From Pseudomonadota bacterium (GTDB lineage Bacteria; Chloroflexota; Ktedonobacteria; Ktedonobacterales; JADMIN01): a stretch of 64,000 nucleotides of DNA. This document shows, in pieces, positions 9,005-17,707 of the stretch. The stretch lies in contig JAJPIU010000240.1 of assembly GCA_021324535.1 (NCBI GenBank), positions 6,745 to 70,744 on the forward strand, read 5' to 3'. The stretch's first letter is position 1. Every line of letters begins with the position of its first letter. A program made the translations under genes and the position numbers. The notes beneath the pieces were generated by a model. That model ran no database searches and was not told the origin of the DNA. It saw only the letters and a program-made list of their open reading frames with translations.

Positions 9005-9568
9005 ATGGCGCTTCCACAACCAATCTATACCACCCCTAAGGAATATTTGCGGCTGGATCGCAACAGCCCCGTCCGGCATGAATACGTGGATGGACAGGCG
9101 TATGCGCTTGCGGGTGGCACGCTGGATCTCTCGACGATTTGCGTGAATCTGCTCAGTCTGCTCCATCAGCGTATGCAGGAAGGCCCGTGCCGCGTCTACA
9201 ACTCGGATGCGCGTGTGCGGCTGAGTGCGATGCGCTACGTCTACCCGGATCTCTCCATCAGTTGTGAACCACGCGAACGCGGTCGGACGGATATACTGAC
9301 CGCGCCGCGCGTGGTGTTTGAAGTCCTCTCGCCTAGCACGCAGGAGTATGATCGCGGCGAAAAGTTTGGGTACTATCGCGAATGTCCCTCGCTGCAAGAA
9401 TATGTGCTTGTGGCGTCAGAGCAGGCGGCGATAGAGGTGTACCAGCGCCAGGAGGAAGGAGCCGACTGGACGTTGCGAGCATATGGGCCAGGAGATGCGG
9501 TCACGCTGGCAAGCGCCCCAGTCTCATTCCCGCTCGACGCCGCCTACGCCAACGTGCTCTTCTCCTGA
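9005..9568 (+). CDS. Uma2-family (DUF820) putative endonuclease
   Basis: Characteristic YLRLDRNSPVRHEYVDGQ...PDLSISCEP...VVFEVLSPST...D...K...Y pattern of the PD-(D/E)XK Uma2 family. Confidence 0.75.
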   Translation: MALPQPIYTTPKEYLRLDRNSPVRHEYVDGQAYALAGGTLDLSTICVNLLSLLHQRMQEGPCRVYNSDARVRLSAMRYVYPDLSISCEPRERGRTDILTAPRVVFEVLSPSTQEYDRGEKFGYYRECPSLQEYVLVASEQAAIEVYQRQEEGADWTLRAYGPGDAVTLASAPVSFPLDAAYANVLFS

Positions 9569-9580
9569 CTTGCTGGATGT

Positions 9581-10534
9581 CTACTCTGGGCAGATGTAGT
9601 AGCCGCCATCGCTGGGAATCTGTGATTTCATTGCCGGCGCCTGGCAGGCCGCGCCCGACCACTTGTGCGCCTGAGGGTCAATGAGGAAGATTTCAGGATC
9701 GGTGACGAACGGCGAGTTGGCGCCGTCCACCTTAACGCTAAAGGCGAACTGATAGTAGCCTGCGACGGTGGGCGGGGCAATCGCGACATTCATAAAGAGT
9801 TCATTGGCTGGCTGCAAGCTAAGCGGCAGTGGAGTTGCCTGCTGACCATTGGCGCCTGTCCCTGCCCGAAGAAACGTCGCGGGAATGCTCGTTCCCGCGC
9901 CTGCGGTTGGGCTAAACGTCGCTTTGAGATACTCCTGAGCGGTGAAAGCACCCCCGCAACCGCCACCGCCAAGCTGACCATTTGTGTACCAGCCGTCGCA
10001 GAGCTGCCAGGAGTTCAGATCGCCTGTGTAGGGGGTGAAGCTAGCGATCTGTACCGCGACGCCCTCAATATGGTGAGTCGTGGAAGCGGCGTCGCAGACG
10101 TCTACGAAGTAGCCGGAGCTAAGATACGGATTGACCAGGGGCGTTACGGGAAGCTGCTGGCTCAAGCCAGGATCATTAAGCGAGTTGAGCTTGAACGGCT
10201 TCAGTGGCGTGCCGTCTGGCAGCTTGCGCGAGGGATAGGTCAGGCCGGTTGGGGTGACGGCGATGTACAGATCGCCCAGTTGGTAAAAGGTTCCCTGCGG
10301 GTTGCCAAAGTTGTTAGTGCCGCAGGCTTGCGCCACCTGCGCTGGCGAGACGGTGGCCTGCGGGGTAGGCGTAAACGTCGGCGCAGCGGTTGCGAGGGCG
10401 CTTGTCGCGCCAGCGCCGCCACCGCTGGCGGGTGAGCCGCCCGCCGAAGAGCAGCCGGCGAGAACGATACTGGCTAAAAGACAGGCCAGCAACAACGCGC
10501 GCCAGAGTCCACGCGCCTGCACATTGATTCGCAT
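9581..10534 (-). CDS. Secreted lipoprotein, function unknown
   Basis: Signal peptide with a lipobox (LLASIVLAGCSS), a G/A/T/P linker, and strong GGAGGAAGGA upstream of the ATG. Confidence 0.7.
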   Translation of the reverse strand: MRINVQARGLWRALLLACLLASIVLAGCSSAGGSPASGGGAGATSALATAAPTFTPTPQATVSPAQVAQACGTNNFGNPQGTFYQLGDLYIAVTPTGLTYPSRKLPDGTPLKPFKLNSLNDPGLSQQLPVTPLVNPYLSSGYFVDVCDAASTTHHIEGVAVQIASFTPYTGDLNSWQLCDGWYTNGQLGGGGCGGAFTAQEYLKATFSPTAGAGTSIPATFLRAGTGANGQQATPLPLSLQPANELFMNVAIAPPTVAGYYQFAFSVKVDGANSPFVTDPEIFLIDPQAHKWSGAACQAPAMKSQIPSDGGYYICPE

Positions 10535-10664
10535 TGTTTCCTTGTCCTTCCTCCATGCAACGGTGATCGTCGTCTATTCCGATCAACGTCCGTTCCAGCG
10601 TACACTACCTCGTAGTGGTTGAAAAGTGGCGCATCTCACATTCTGTGAAAGAGAGAAAGCAGCT

Positions 10665-11429
10665 ATGCCGGTACAGATTGAACGTAACGGCCCAGTGACG
10701 ACGGTTATCATCAACCGCCCGGAAGTACGCAACGCCGTTGACCGCCAGACCGCAGAGGAGCTTGCAGACGCCTTTCGCGTATTCGAGCGTGATCCCGATG
10801 CGCGCGTGGGTGTGCTGGCGGGCGCAGGAGGTCACTTCTGCGCGGGAGCCGATCTCAAAGCCTTCGCGACGAGCGAGGGCAACCGCGTGGAGCCGGATGG
10901 CGACGGGCCGATGGGGCCGACACGCATGCTGCTCGGCAAGCCGGTGATCGCCTCCATTGCGGGCTACGCTGTGGCGGGTGGGTTGGAGCTTGCGCTGTGG
11001 TGCGATCTACGTGTGATGGAAGAAGACGCGGTCGTTGGCGTTTTCTGTCGCCGGTGGGGCGTGCCACTGATCGATGGAGGAACTGTGCGCCTGCCCCGAT
11101 TGATTGGCCTGAGTCGCGCGCTCGATCTGATCCTGACGGGGCGAGCGGTGGGCGCACAGGAGGCGCTGGCGATGGGGCTTGCCAACCGCGTTGTTCCCAA
11201 GGGGCAGGCGCGCGCCGCAGCCGAAACGCTGGCAGGCGAGATCGCGCGCTTCCCGTATGAATGCCTGCTCAACGACCGCCTTTCCGCCTATGAGCAAAGC
11301 GATTTCCCCTTCGCGGAGGCGCTTGCCAACGAGTTTCGCCAGGGCCAGCGGTCGCTCGATGCGGGCGGGCGCGCGGGGGCAAGCCGCTTCGCCTCCGGTG
11401 AGGGTCGCCACGGCGCATTTGGCGCCTGA
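10665..11429 (+). CDS. Enoyl-CoA hydratase/isomerase (crotonase) family protein
   Basis: MPVQIERNGPVTTVIINRPEVRNAVD...GHFCAGADLKAF oxyanion-hole motifs. I prefer the ATG at 10665 over the track start at 10626. Confidence 0.85.
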   Translation: MPVQIERNGPVTTVIINRPEVRNAVDRQTAEELADAFRVFERDPDARVGVLAGAGGHFCAGADLKAFATSEGNRVEPDGDGPMGPTRMLLGKPVIASIAGYAVAGGLELALWCDLRVMEEDAVVGVFCRRWGVPLIDGGTVRLPRLIGLSRALDLILTGRAVGAQEALAMGLANRVVPKGQARAAAETLAGEIARFPYECLLNDRLSAYEQSDFPFAEALANEFRQGQRSLDAGGRAGASRFASGEGRHGAFGA

Positions 11430-11649
11430 TCTTGCGCCTGATCCTTTGGCCTATGCAGCCTGCCAGAAAGATCGTCGCCAGCGCCTACTTCTCTAGCCCA
11501 TGATGTGAACAGGCCGCGCAGGCGTCCCTTTACGCGCACTTAGAGGCGCCCTGCGTTACTCCCGACCCTCCTGCATGGCCGCGCACGTTGCGTAGCGCCG
11601 CGCTCCAGGGCGGCGCGTCTCTGATAGACACCTGGGATGGACAACGAGT

Positions 11650-12888
11650 ATGTCGGCGCTACGAATATGGGCAGCGCGGCAGTGGGGCAAGAGGTATCCC
11701 CGGTCGTACTATGCGCTCTGGGCCGCTCGCTCCATCTCGGTCTTGGGCGACTATATCGCGCTGATGGCGCTGACACTGTACGCCGCGCGCCAGCCCAATG
11801 CGCCGTTCGCAGTGAGCGCACTCTTCCTCGCGCAGACTATTCCCTGGCTGCTCAGTCCCCTGGCGGGCGCGCTGGCCGACCGTATCGCGCCACGGCGCCT
11901 GGCTCTGGCCTGTAACCTTGGGCAGGCGATCCTGGTAGGTGTGCTTGCGCTGGCCACCACTCCATTCACCATTACGCTCATCCTCGTTGGGGCGGTCTCG
12001 CTGCTGGAAGTGTGTTTCCTGCCGGTTGGTCAGAGCGCGCTGCCCGTGATTGTGGCTCCCGCTGAGCTAAGCGACGCCAACGCGCTGCTGCGGTTGGGAC
12101 TCAATATCAGTCGAGCCGCTGGGCCAGTGGCGGGCGCCGCATTGCTTGCCATCAGCGGCCTGCGCGGAGCGTTGCTGGCCGACGCCATGAGCTTCGTGTT
12201 GGCGGCTGCGCTGCTCCTTTCGCTCCCCACGAAGGCGCCCGCACGCGAACTCGCTGAGCGTCCCTTGCAGAAGAATGGGCGCTTCTCTCGCCTTGGGGCC
12301 GAGCTTCGCCAGGGTTTGGCTTTTGTCATCCATACTGCCGTACCGCGCGCCGTGGCGCTTGGCCTGTTTCTGGCGACGCTCTTTGTCGCGCTGGACAACG
12401 TGGCGCTGGTTTTCCTGGCGCAGCGCACATTGCATGGTGGCCCGGTAGGGTACGGCGCGCTGCTGGCGGGCTATGGCGCTGGCATGATCGCGGCGCCGCT
12501 GCTGCTGATACTCGTGAGCCGTCGCCTGACCACCCAGATTAATCTGCTGATAGGTGTCACGGTGATGGGTCTGGGAACGGCGCTCTGTGCTCTTTCGCCA
12601 ACGCTTGGCCTCGCCGTCGCCGCAGAGGTTGTGGTGGGGATCGGCAACGGATTCCAGAACATCACCAACGATACGCTGTTGCAACAGACCACGCCGCCCG
12701 CGTTGCTGGGGCGCATCTTTGGCGTCGCCTATAGCGCGCCCTATCTTGCGCTCCTGATCACCTACACAGTCGGTGGGACGCTGATTCAGGCGACCTCGCC
12801 CCGCATCGCCCTCCTCATCGCCGGACTGGGAACGATGGCAGTGACGGCCATTATTTGGGGGCAGCTACAGGCGCCACAGAGAACTTAA
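11650..12888 (+). CDS. MFS transporter
   Basis: 412 aa with about 12 predicted TM helices and the loop motif GALADRIAPRR between TM2 and TM3. Confidence 0.8.
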   Translation: MSALRIWAARQWGKRYPRSYYALWAARSISVLGDYIALMALTLYAARQPNAPFAVSALFLAQTIPWLLSPLAGALADRIAPRRLALACNLGQAILVGVLALATTPFTITLILVGAVSLLEVCFLPVGQSALPVIVAPAELSDANALLRLGLNISRAAGPVAGAALLAISGLRGALLADAMSFVLAAALLLSLPTKAPARELAERPLQKNGRFSRLGAELRQGLAFVIHTAVPRAVALGLFLATLFVALDNVALVFLAQRTLHGGPVGYGALLAGYGAGMIAAPLLLILVSRRLTTQINLLIGVTVMGLGTALCALSPTLGLAVAAEVVVGIGNGFQNITNDTLLQQTTPPALLGRIFGVAYSAPYLALLITYTVGGTLIQATSPRIALLIAGLGTMAVTAIIWGQLQAPQRT

Positions 12889-12895
12889 CCCCAGA

Positions 12896-12919
12896 CCCCT
12901 TCCCATCGATGGGAAGGGG
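12896..12919. terminator. Perfect 24-bp palindrome CCCCTTCCCATCGATGGGAAGGGG between convergent genes; candidate bidirectional terminator
   Basis: Read directly from the sequence, 8 nt after the MFS stop. No clean U-tract. The arm sequence is shared with the 20141..20173 terminator. Confidence 0.5.
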
Positions 12920-12965
12920 AGATAAGGCGAAGAGAGCAGGCGTATGTCATGATCTGGCAGGCTGT

Positions 12966-14594
12966 TCAATCTTCTTCGCGATAGTCATACAGGCTGCGGC
13001 GTGGGGCTTGCCGTGCTCCAGAGCGATCAGGCCCAGGTGGACGCATGTCCCTATTCCCGCTGCTTCCTGCGCCGCCAGACATGCCCGGTCTGCGGGGCAA
13101 ACTTTGCCTGCCGGTCACGCTCTGTTGCGCGCCCTGGCCGCGTGTGGGATACGCGTTTGGCGCGCCTGACATGGGAGCGCGCCGCCCATACTGGCCCAAT
13201 TGTCCCGATTGTGGTGATTGGTTGCCAGACGAGCGTGGCGGCGCATCAGGCGCAAGACGACGAGCCGCTGGCGTTGGCGTTCCCTGGCGCATGGCCGTGT
13301 TTCCGCGCGACGCGCCCATATTCCCACTACCTGGGTTGGGCCTTCCGTATTGTCCCTGCGGATTGCGGCGCGTCCCGCCAGGACGGGCGCGGACACGCTG
13401 TTGGGCGAGCGCCAACCGCTGGCGACGTTGCTGCGCCAGCCACAAATAGACTGAAACGGCGATCACCACCAGCAACACCAGCGCGCCGCCAATCACCAGC
13501 CACCAATGTGATCCACCTGCGCTGCTGCTCGATACCTTGACCACGGGAGCGAGGGTGACTTGCACTGTGAGCGCCGCCACATAGACCGAGCTATCCGTAT
13601 TGACAAACTGAACGGCGATGCGATACTTTCCTGCCCTTGCGAAGGAGTGCGAAGCGCTTGGCGTCTGTGTGATCAGCGGCGCCGTGCCATCGCCGAAATC
13701 CCATGTCACACTGAGGAGCTTTGCCGCGCCTTGTGGGCCGTTTGGCAGCGCAGGCTCGGCGGCGGTGAAGCCGACGGCGGTGTTGGTATGGGCGCTGGTC
13801 GCATCGGCGTGAATGGTGGCGCCGGGGCCGCCAACAGCGATGTTGACCGACGCTGTGCTTTTCGCGCCGCGCGCATCGGTGACGATCAGCGTCGCCACGC
13901 CTACCCCTGAGACAACGAACTGGTGTGTGACACGCTCTCCGGTGGCGCTGGTGTTGTCACCGAAGTTCCAGGTGTAGGTTAGTTGCGAACCGACAACCGC
14001 ATGCGAGCCGCTGGCGTCGAAGGTGATGCTCTGGTTGGCGAGGATCTCCGTGGGAGTGAGCGCCCTGGCCTTAGCGACAGGCGGATTGGGGATGGAAGCA
14101 GCGACGATGTGGATCTGCGCGTTATCGAAGGGAGAATATTGCCCTGCGGTCTGATCGTAGGTATCTGATTCGACGGTGTAGGTTCCCGTCTGGGTGAAGG
14201 TATGTGTTACTTTCACGCCGCTGGCCGTCGCCGAGCCATCGCCGAAGTTCCATTGCCATTGAAACGATGAGGGGCTTGGCGCGAACGGCACACGGCTGAA
14301 GTTTTCGGTAAACGTAATGGGCTGGTTGACGGGAAAATCGTAAGCGAAGATGCCCGCGATCTGCTCCTGGACATAGTTGCCGTTGAAGGGGAAGGCAAGC
14401 GCGGCGATGTTATTTGCCATCATCGTCGGCGCCGCGCCAAGGCCACACGCCAGGGCGGTCTGCGCGCGAAACGGGCTGAGCGGGAGACCGTTCGTCTGCC
14501 CCGCGCTCGTCAGCGCGGGCGTCAGCCCTGCCCAGAGCGCTACACCGCCGCCCAAAAGGATCGCTAGCACAGCCAGCCGGAATATCTTCGCCAT
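12966..14594 (-). CDS. PKD-domain membrane protein with a long Arg/Gly/Gln/Pro-rich cytoplasmic tail
   Basis: Signal/anchor sequence, then three WNFGDG / WDFGDG PKD-type repeats, a TM helix (WWLVIGGALVLLVVIAVSVYLWL), and about 150 aa of low-complexity basic tail. Confidence 0.8.
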   Translation of the reverse strand: MAKIFRLAVLAILLGGGVALWAGLTPALTSAGQTNGLPLSPFRAQTALACGLGAAPTMMANNIAALAFPFNGNYVQEQIAGIFAYDFPVNQPITFTENFSRVPFAPSPSSFQWQWNFGDGSATASGVKVTHTFTQTGTYTVESDTYDQTAGQYSPFDNAQIHIVAASIPNPPVAKARALTPTEILANQSITFDASGSHAVVGSQLTYTWNFGDNTSATGERVTHQFVVSGVGVATLIVTDARGAKSTASVNIAVGGPGATIHADATSAHTNTAVGFTAAEPALPNGPQGAAKLLSVTWDFGDGTAPLITQTPSASHSFARAGKYRIAVQFVNTDSSVYVAALTVQVTLAPVVKVSSSSAGGSHWWLVIGGALVLLVVIAVSVYLWLAQQRRQRLALAQQRVRARPGGTRRNPQGQYGRPNPGSGNMGASRGNTAMRQGTPTPAARRLAPDAPPRSSGNQSPQSGQLGQYGRRAPMSGAPNAYPTRGQGAQQSVTGRQSLPRRPGMSGGAGSSGNRDMRPPGPDRSGARQAPRRSLYDYREED

Positions 14595-14630
14595 ATCCTC
14601 TTCCTCACCCTCGTTCCCGATTAGTTGTGG

Positions 14631-14698
14631 CGGGCGACGGGTGGATAACCCCGCGCCTCAAGGTTTCGCCACCTGGGCCGCCTGGAGAGCAGACGGCG
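14631..14698 (+). repeat. Copy of the dispersed intergenic repeat family (core ...CCGCGCCT-AGG--T-CGCCAC...GGCCGCCT..AGAGC.GACGGCG)
   Basis: Aligns by eye with 32885..32952. It is followed by a short tandem GGAGCCTCCAGAT x2 (14698..14725). Confidence 0.5.
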
Positions 14699-14958
14699 GA
14701 GCCTCCAGATGTGGAGCCTCCAGATAAGGTTAGCCAGACACGCCCCCCAGACATGCCCGAACTGACCCTTATTCTAGCATGCTCACTCATCCCAACCGGC
14801 AATTTGCCGCCGCGCATGGTACTTGCGTACCTACCAGCGGCGCCGGAGACCCACTGTGTAAGGTACTGTAAGGTTGTTTTCGGACGCCATCAGGTATACT
14901 ATAAACTGGCGGCGTAGTGAGAGCGGGCTGCAAGACGACGCGCAGGTAGGTACGGCGC

Positions 14959-15000
14959 GTGCTACAATAGATCAATGGGAACTTTGTGACACGCGCTCAC
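14959..15000 (+). promoter_or_regulatory. Candidate extended -10 promoter (TGCTACAAT, 14959..14967) and inverted repeat TGTGA-N7-TCACA (14984..15000) upstream of nuoB
   Basis: Read from the sequence 60-100 nt upstream of the nuoB ATG. I found no good -35. Confidence 0.3.
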
Positions 15001-15061
15001 ACAGCCCGCCACGCGCAACGCGCGCCAGCCGTATGGAGCGCCAAAGGAAGCAGCAATAGTT

Positions 15062-15628
15062 ATGAGCACAAATGCCAATACATCACGCCGTGGGATCGCC
15101 CTGCCAATGGCGGCGCGCACACCTGCGGAATACATTCCCGGCCAGCAAGAGCCAGGGGTGGCGCTGACAAGCCTTGCCGACATGATCACCTGGGCGCAAA
15201 ACTATATTCGTAGCCGATCCATCTGGCCGCTTGGCTATGGGCTGGCTTGCTGCGCCATCGAGATGATGGCCGCCGGCCAGAGCCACTATGATATGGCGCG
15301 GTTCGGCTCCGAGGTGTTCCGCTCTAGCCCACGTCAGGCCGACCTCATGATCGTCGCGGGAACCGTCTCGACGAAGATGGGGCCACGCCTCGTGCGGTTG
15401 TATGAGCAGATGGCCGACCCCAAGTGGGTGATCTCGATGGGCCAGTGCGCCACATCGGGCGGCGAGTTCTACGACAGCTACTACACTGTGCAAGGCGTGG
15501 ACACGTTGGTGCCGGTGGATGTCTATGTGCCTGGCTGCCCACCGCGCCCCGAGGCGTTGATCGAGGGGCTGCTGAAGCTGCGCGAGAAGATTGAGAAACA
15601 AGGCTTAAAGATCAAGGGTGAGGAGTAA
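15062..15628 (+). CDS. nuoB: NADH-quinone oxidoreductase subunit B (NuoB / 20 kDa, PSST family)
   Basis: [31 protein letters not shown] and [11 protein letters not shown]. All four N2-cluster cysteines are present. Confidence 0.9.
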   Translation: MSTNANTSRRGIALPMAARTPAEYIPGQQEPGVALTSLADMITWAQNYIRSRSIWPLGYGLACCAIEMMAAGQSHYDMARFGSEVFRSSPRQADLMIVAGTVSTKMGPRLVRLYEQMADPKWVISMGQCATSGGEFYDSYYTVQGVDTLVPVDVYVPGCPPRPEALIEGLLKLREKIEKQGLKIKGEE

Positions 15629-15634
15629 GAGCGC

Positions 15635-16321
15635 ATGCGTGGAATCCTCCAGGGGCTGGGGTTGACCCTCAGCCATATGACACGCCCCAAGCAGACGCGG
15701 CTCTATCCCTATGAGAAGCGCCAACTGCCGGAGCGCAGCCGGGGCCTGATCCAGTTGCTCACCGAGGAGGGGCAGGACACACCCTTCAACTTGAAGTGCG
15801 AGGCGTGCCTGCTCTGTGAGAAGGTCTGCCCGCCGCGCGCCATCACCATTGACGCGCGCCCGACGCATCGCTTCCGCCGTCGCCCGTACTTCTCGCCCAC
15901 CTCAGTCGCCGGGTTCTACACGCCGCGTATGTCCGAATATATGGCGCCCTACCCCAATCGCCCGTTCTCGCCGCCAGTGGAGACGCCAACGAAGGTTCAA
16001 CTCGAACAACCGGTTGACCTCACCCTGGCGGATGACATCCTCGACGCGGCCTCACTCGACGCCTGGGACTTGACGGACACGCTGGATAAGCTGATGCAGG
16101 CGTATGGTGGGATGCCGCTTCAGGTAGCGTGGCGCGTGGTCGAACGGCGCGGCGTAGACATCAGCGACATCTTTGGTATCATCACAGCCAGCCCGCACTT
16201 CGCCCCGGCCAAGCCAGTGATGGCGGGCGTGCTGCGCGACGACCAGGTGGAGCGTGGCCCGTCGCCGTCTACACGCTCGAAATATGGCAATATCAACCAT
16301 CGGAGAGGACCGACCGCCTGA
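15635..16321 (+). CDS. NuoI-like protein with a single CxxCxxCxxxCP motif and a Cys-free C-terminal domain of unknown function
   Basis: The N-terminus (RLYPYEKRQLPERSRG...KCEACLLCEKVCPPRAITID) matches NuoI/TYKY. The second ferredoxin motif is missing. The last ~150 aa contain no cysteine. Confidence 0.7.
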   Translation: MRGILQGLGLTLSHMTRPKQTRLYPYEKRQLPERSRGLIQLLTEEGQDTPFNLKCEACLLCEKVCPPRAITIDARPTHRFRRRPYFSPTSVAGFYTPRMSEYMAPYPNRPFSPPVETPTKVQLEQPVDLTLADDILDAASLDAWDLTDTLDKLMQAYGGMPLQVAWRVVERRGVDISDIFGIITASPHFAPAKPVMAGVLRDDQVERGPSPSTRSKYGNINHRRGPTA

Positions 16322-16322
16322 C

Positions 16323-17672
16323 ATGCAGCAGACACAGCAGACACAACATGCTCCCACGCCTCTGCTTCAGGCGATGGGACTCACCGGCGAGGGCAAGGCC
16401 AGCGCCGTCCCGTTTACGCTTGATGATTACCGCAGACAGGGCGGCTACGACGCTCTTCGGCGCGCATTGCGGGAACTCTCACCCACGCAGGTGATTGAGG
16501 AGATTCGTACTTCCGGCCTGCGTGGACGCGGTGGCGCAGGCTATCCCACCGGCGACAAACTGGCGCTGGTAGCCAGCGGGCGCTCAACCATGCGCTATCT
16601 CATCTGCAATGCTTACGACGCTGACGCCCGCTCACTGATCAGCGCAACCCTGCTCGAACAGAATCCGCATCTTGCGCTGGAAGGACTGGCGTTGGCTTCC
16701 TACGCGGCAGGCGTCAGTGAAGCGTTTTTGTATGTGCGTAGCGCGCGCACTGAGGCGGCTGCTTCAGCGCAAAAAGCGGTCGCCGACGCCCTTGAGGCAA
16801 ACCTGATCGGGCGCAACATTATGGGGACGGCGTTCTCGCTGGCAGTCACAGTCGTTGGGGTGGATCGCAGCTTCATGGGTGGCGAGGAAAGCACGCTGAT
16901 CGAGATCATCAAGGGTCGCCCGATGAAGGCGCAGCAGCGTCCGCCATATCCCGCCATGCAGGGCCTCTACGATCAGCCGACCGCTGTGCAGAACGTGGAG
17001 ACGCTTGCCAACCTTCCCGCTATCATCTCGCACGGTGCGGGCGCCTTCCGCCAGAGCGGCTCACGCGCAACAACGGGGACAAAGCTGCTGACAGTGATTG
17101 GCCCAGGCGGCGCGCAACTCATCGAGATTCCCTTTGGCGCAAGCGTCCGTCAGGCGTTGCAACAGGCGGGGATTGACGCCAACGAAAACAACGCGCGCGG
17201 CGTGGTCGTCGGCGGGATGGAGGGCGGCGTGCTGCCGCTCTCGGCGCTCGATACGCCGTTCGACTTTGATCCGCTGGCGCAGGCCGACGCAATGGTTGGC
17301 TCTGGTATGATCGAGGTCTTGCCGGTTGACGCCTGCATGGTACGCTGGGCGATGGAGCGCAGCGACTACCTGAGCGAAGAAACCTGCGGGAAGTGCGTGC
17401 CGTGTCGGGTGGGGGTCAAGCGCATCGCGGGGACACTGCAAGGGCTGGTGAGCAGCCTGGGTCAGCCCGACGACTTGAAGCTACTGGAAGAGTTCTCCCA
17501 CTATGTGCCCGATGGCTCACTCTGCGGCTATGGCGTACATGCGATCCATCCGGTCGTCTCGGCGATGCGCTATTTTGGCGACGATTTTGCGGCGCACCTG
17601 GCGGGGAAGTGTCCCACAGGAACCTGCCAGCCGGTACGCGCGCATCGCTTCAATACAAAGCACGTACTTTAA
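16323..17672 (+). CDS. NuoF-like NADH dehydrogenase flavoprotein (51 kDa family)
   Basis: GLRGRGGAGYPTG (FMN/NADH site), GGEESTLIE, and ETCGKCVPCRVG...SLCGYG (N3-type 4Fe-4S). I prefer the ATG at 16323 (MQQTQQ), 1 nt after the upstream stop, over the track start at 16254. Confidence 0.85.
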   Translation: MQQTQQTQHAPTPLLQAMGLTGEGKASAVPFTLDDYRRQGGYDALRRALRELSPTQVIEEIRTSGLRGRGGAGYPTGDKLALVASGRSTMRYLICNAYDADARSLISATLLEQNPHLALEGLALASYAAGVSEAFLYVRSARTEAAASAQKAVADALEANLIGRNIMGTAFSLAVTVVGVDRSFMGGEESTLIEIIKGRPMKAQQRPPYPAMQGLYDQPTAVQNVETLANLPAIISHGAGAFRQSGSRATTGTKLLTVIGPGGAQLIEIPFGASVRQALQQAGIDANENNARGVVVGGMEGGVLPLSALDTPFDFDPLAQADAMVGSGMIEVLPVDACMVRWAMERSDYLSEETCGKCVPCRVGVKRIAGTLQGLVSSLGQPDDLKLLEEFSHYVPDGSLCGYGVHAIHPVVSAMRYFGDDFAAHLAGKCPTGTCQPVRAHRFNTKHVL

Positions 17673-17707
17673 CGTTCTGAGGCTAGAGCAAGAGCAAGAG
17701 GAAAACA

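Noticed and set aside
8750-9397. N-terminal 215 aa of track ORF 7919..9397
   Set aside because: This part is antisense to the well-supported Uma2 gene and has no membrane or domain character. The DUF1614-like homology begins near 8749, where an SD plus GTG exists.
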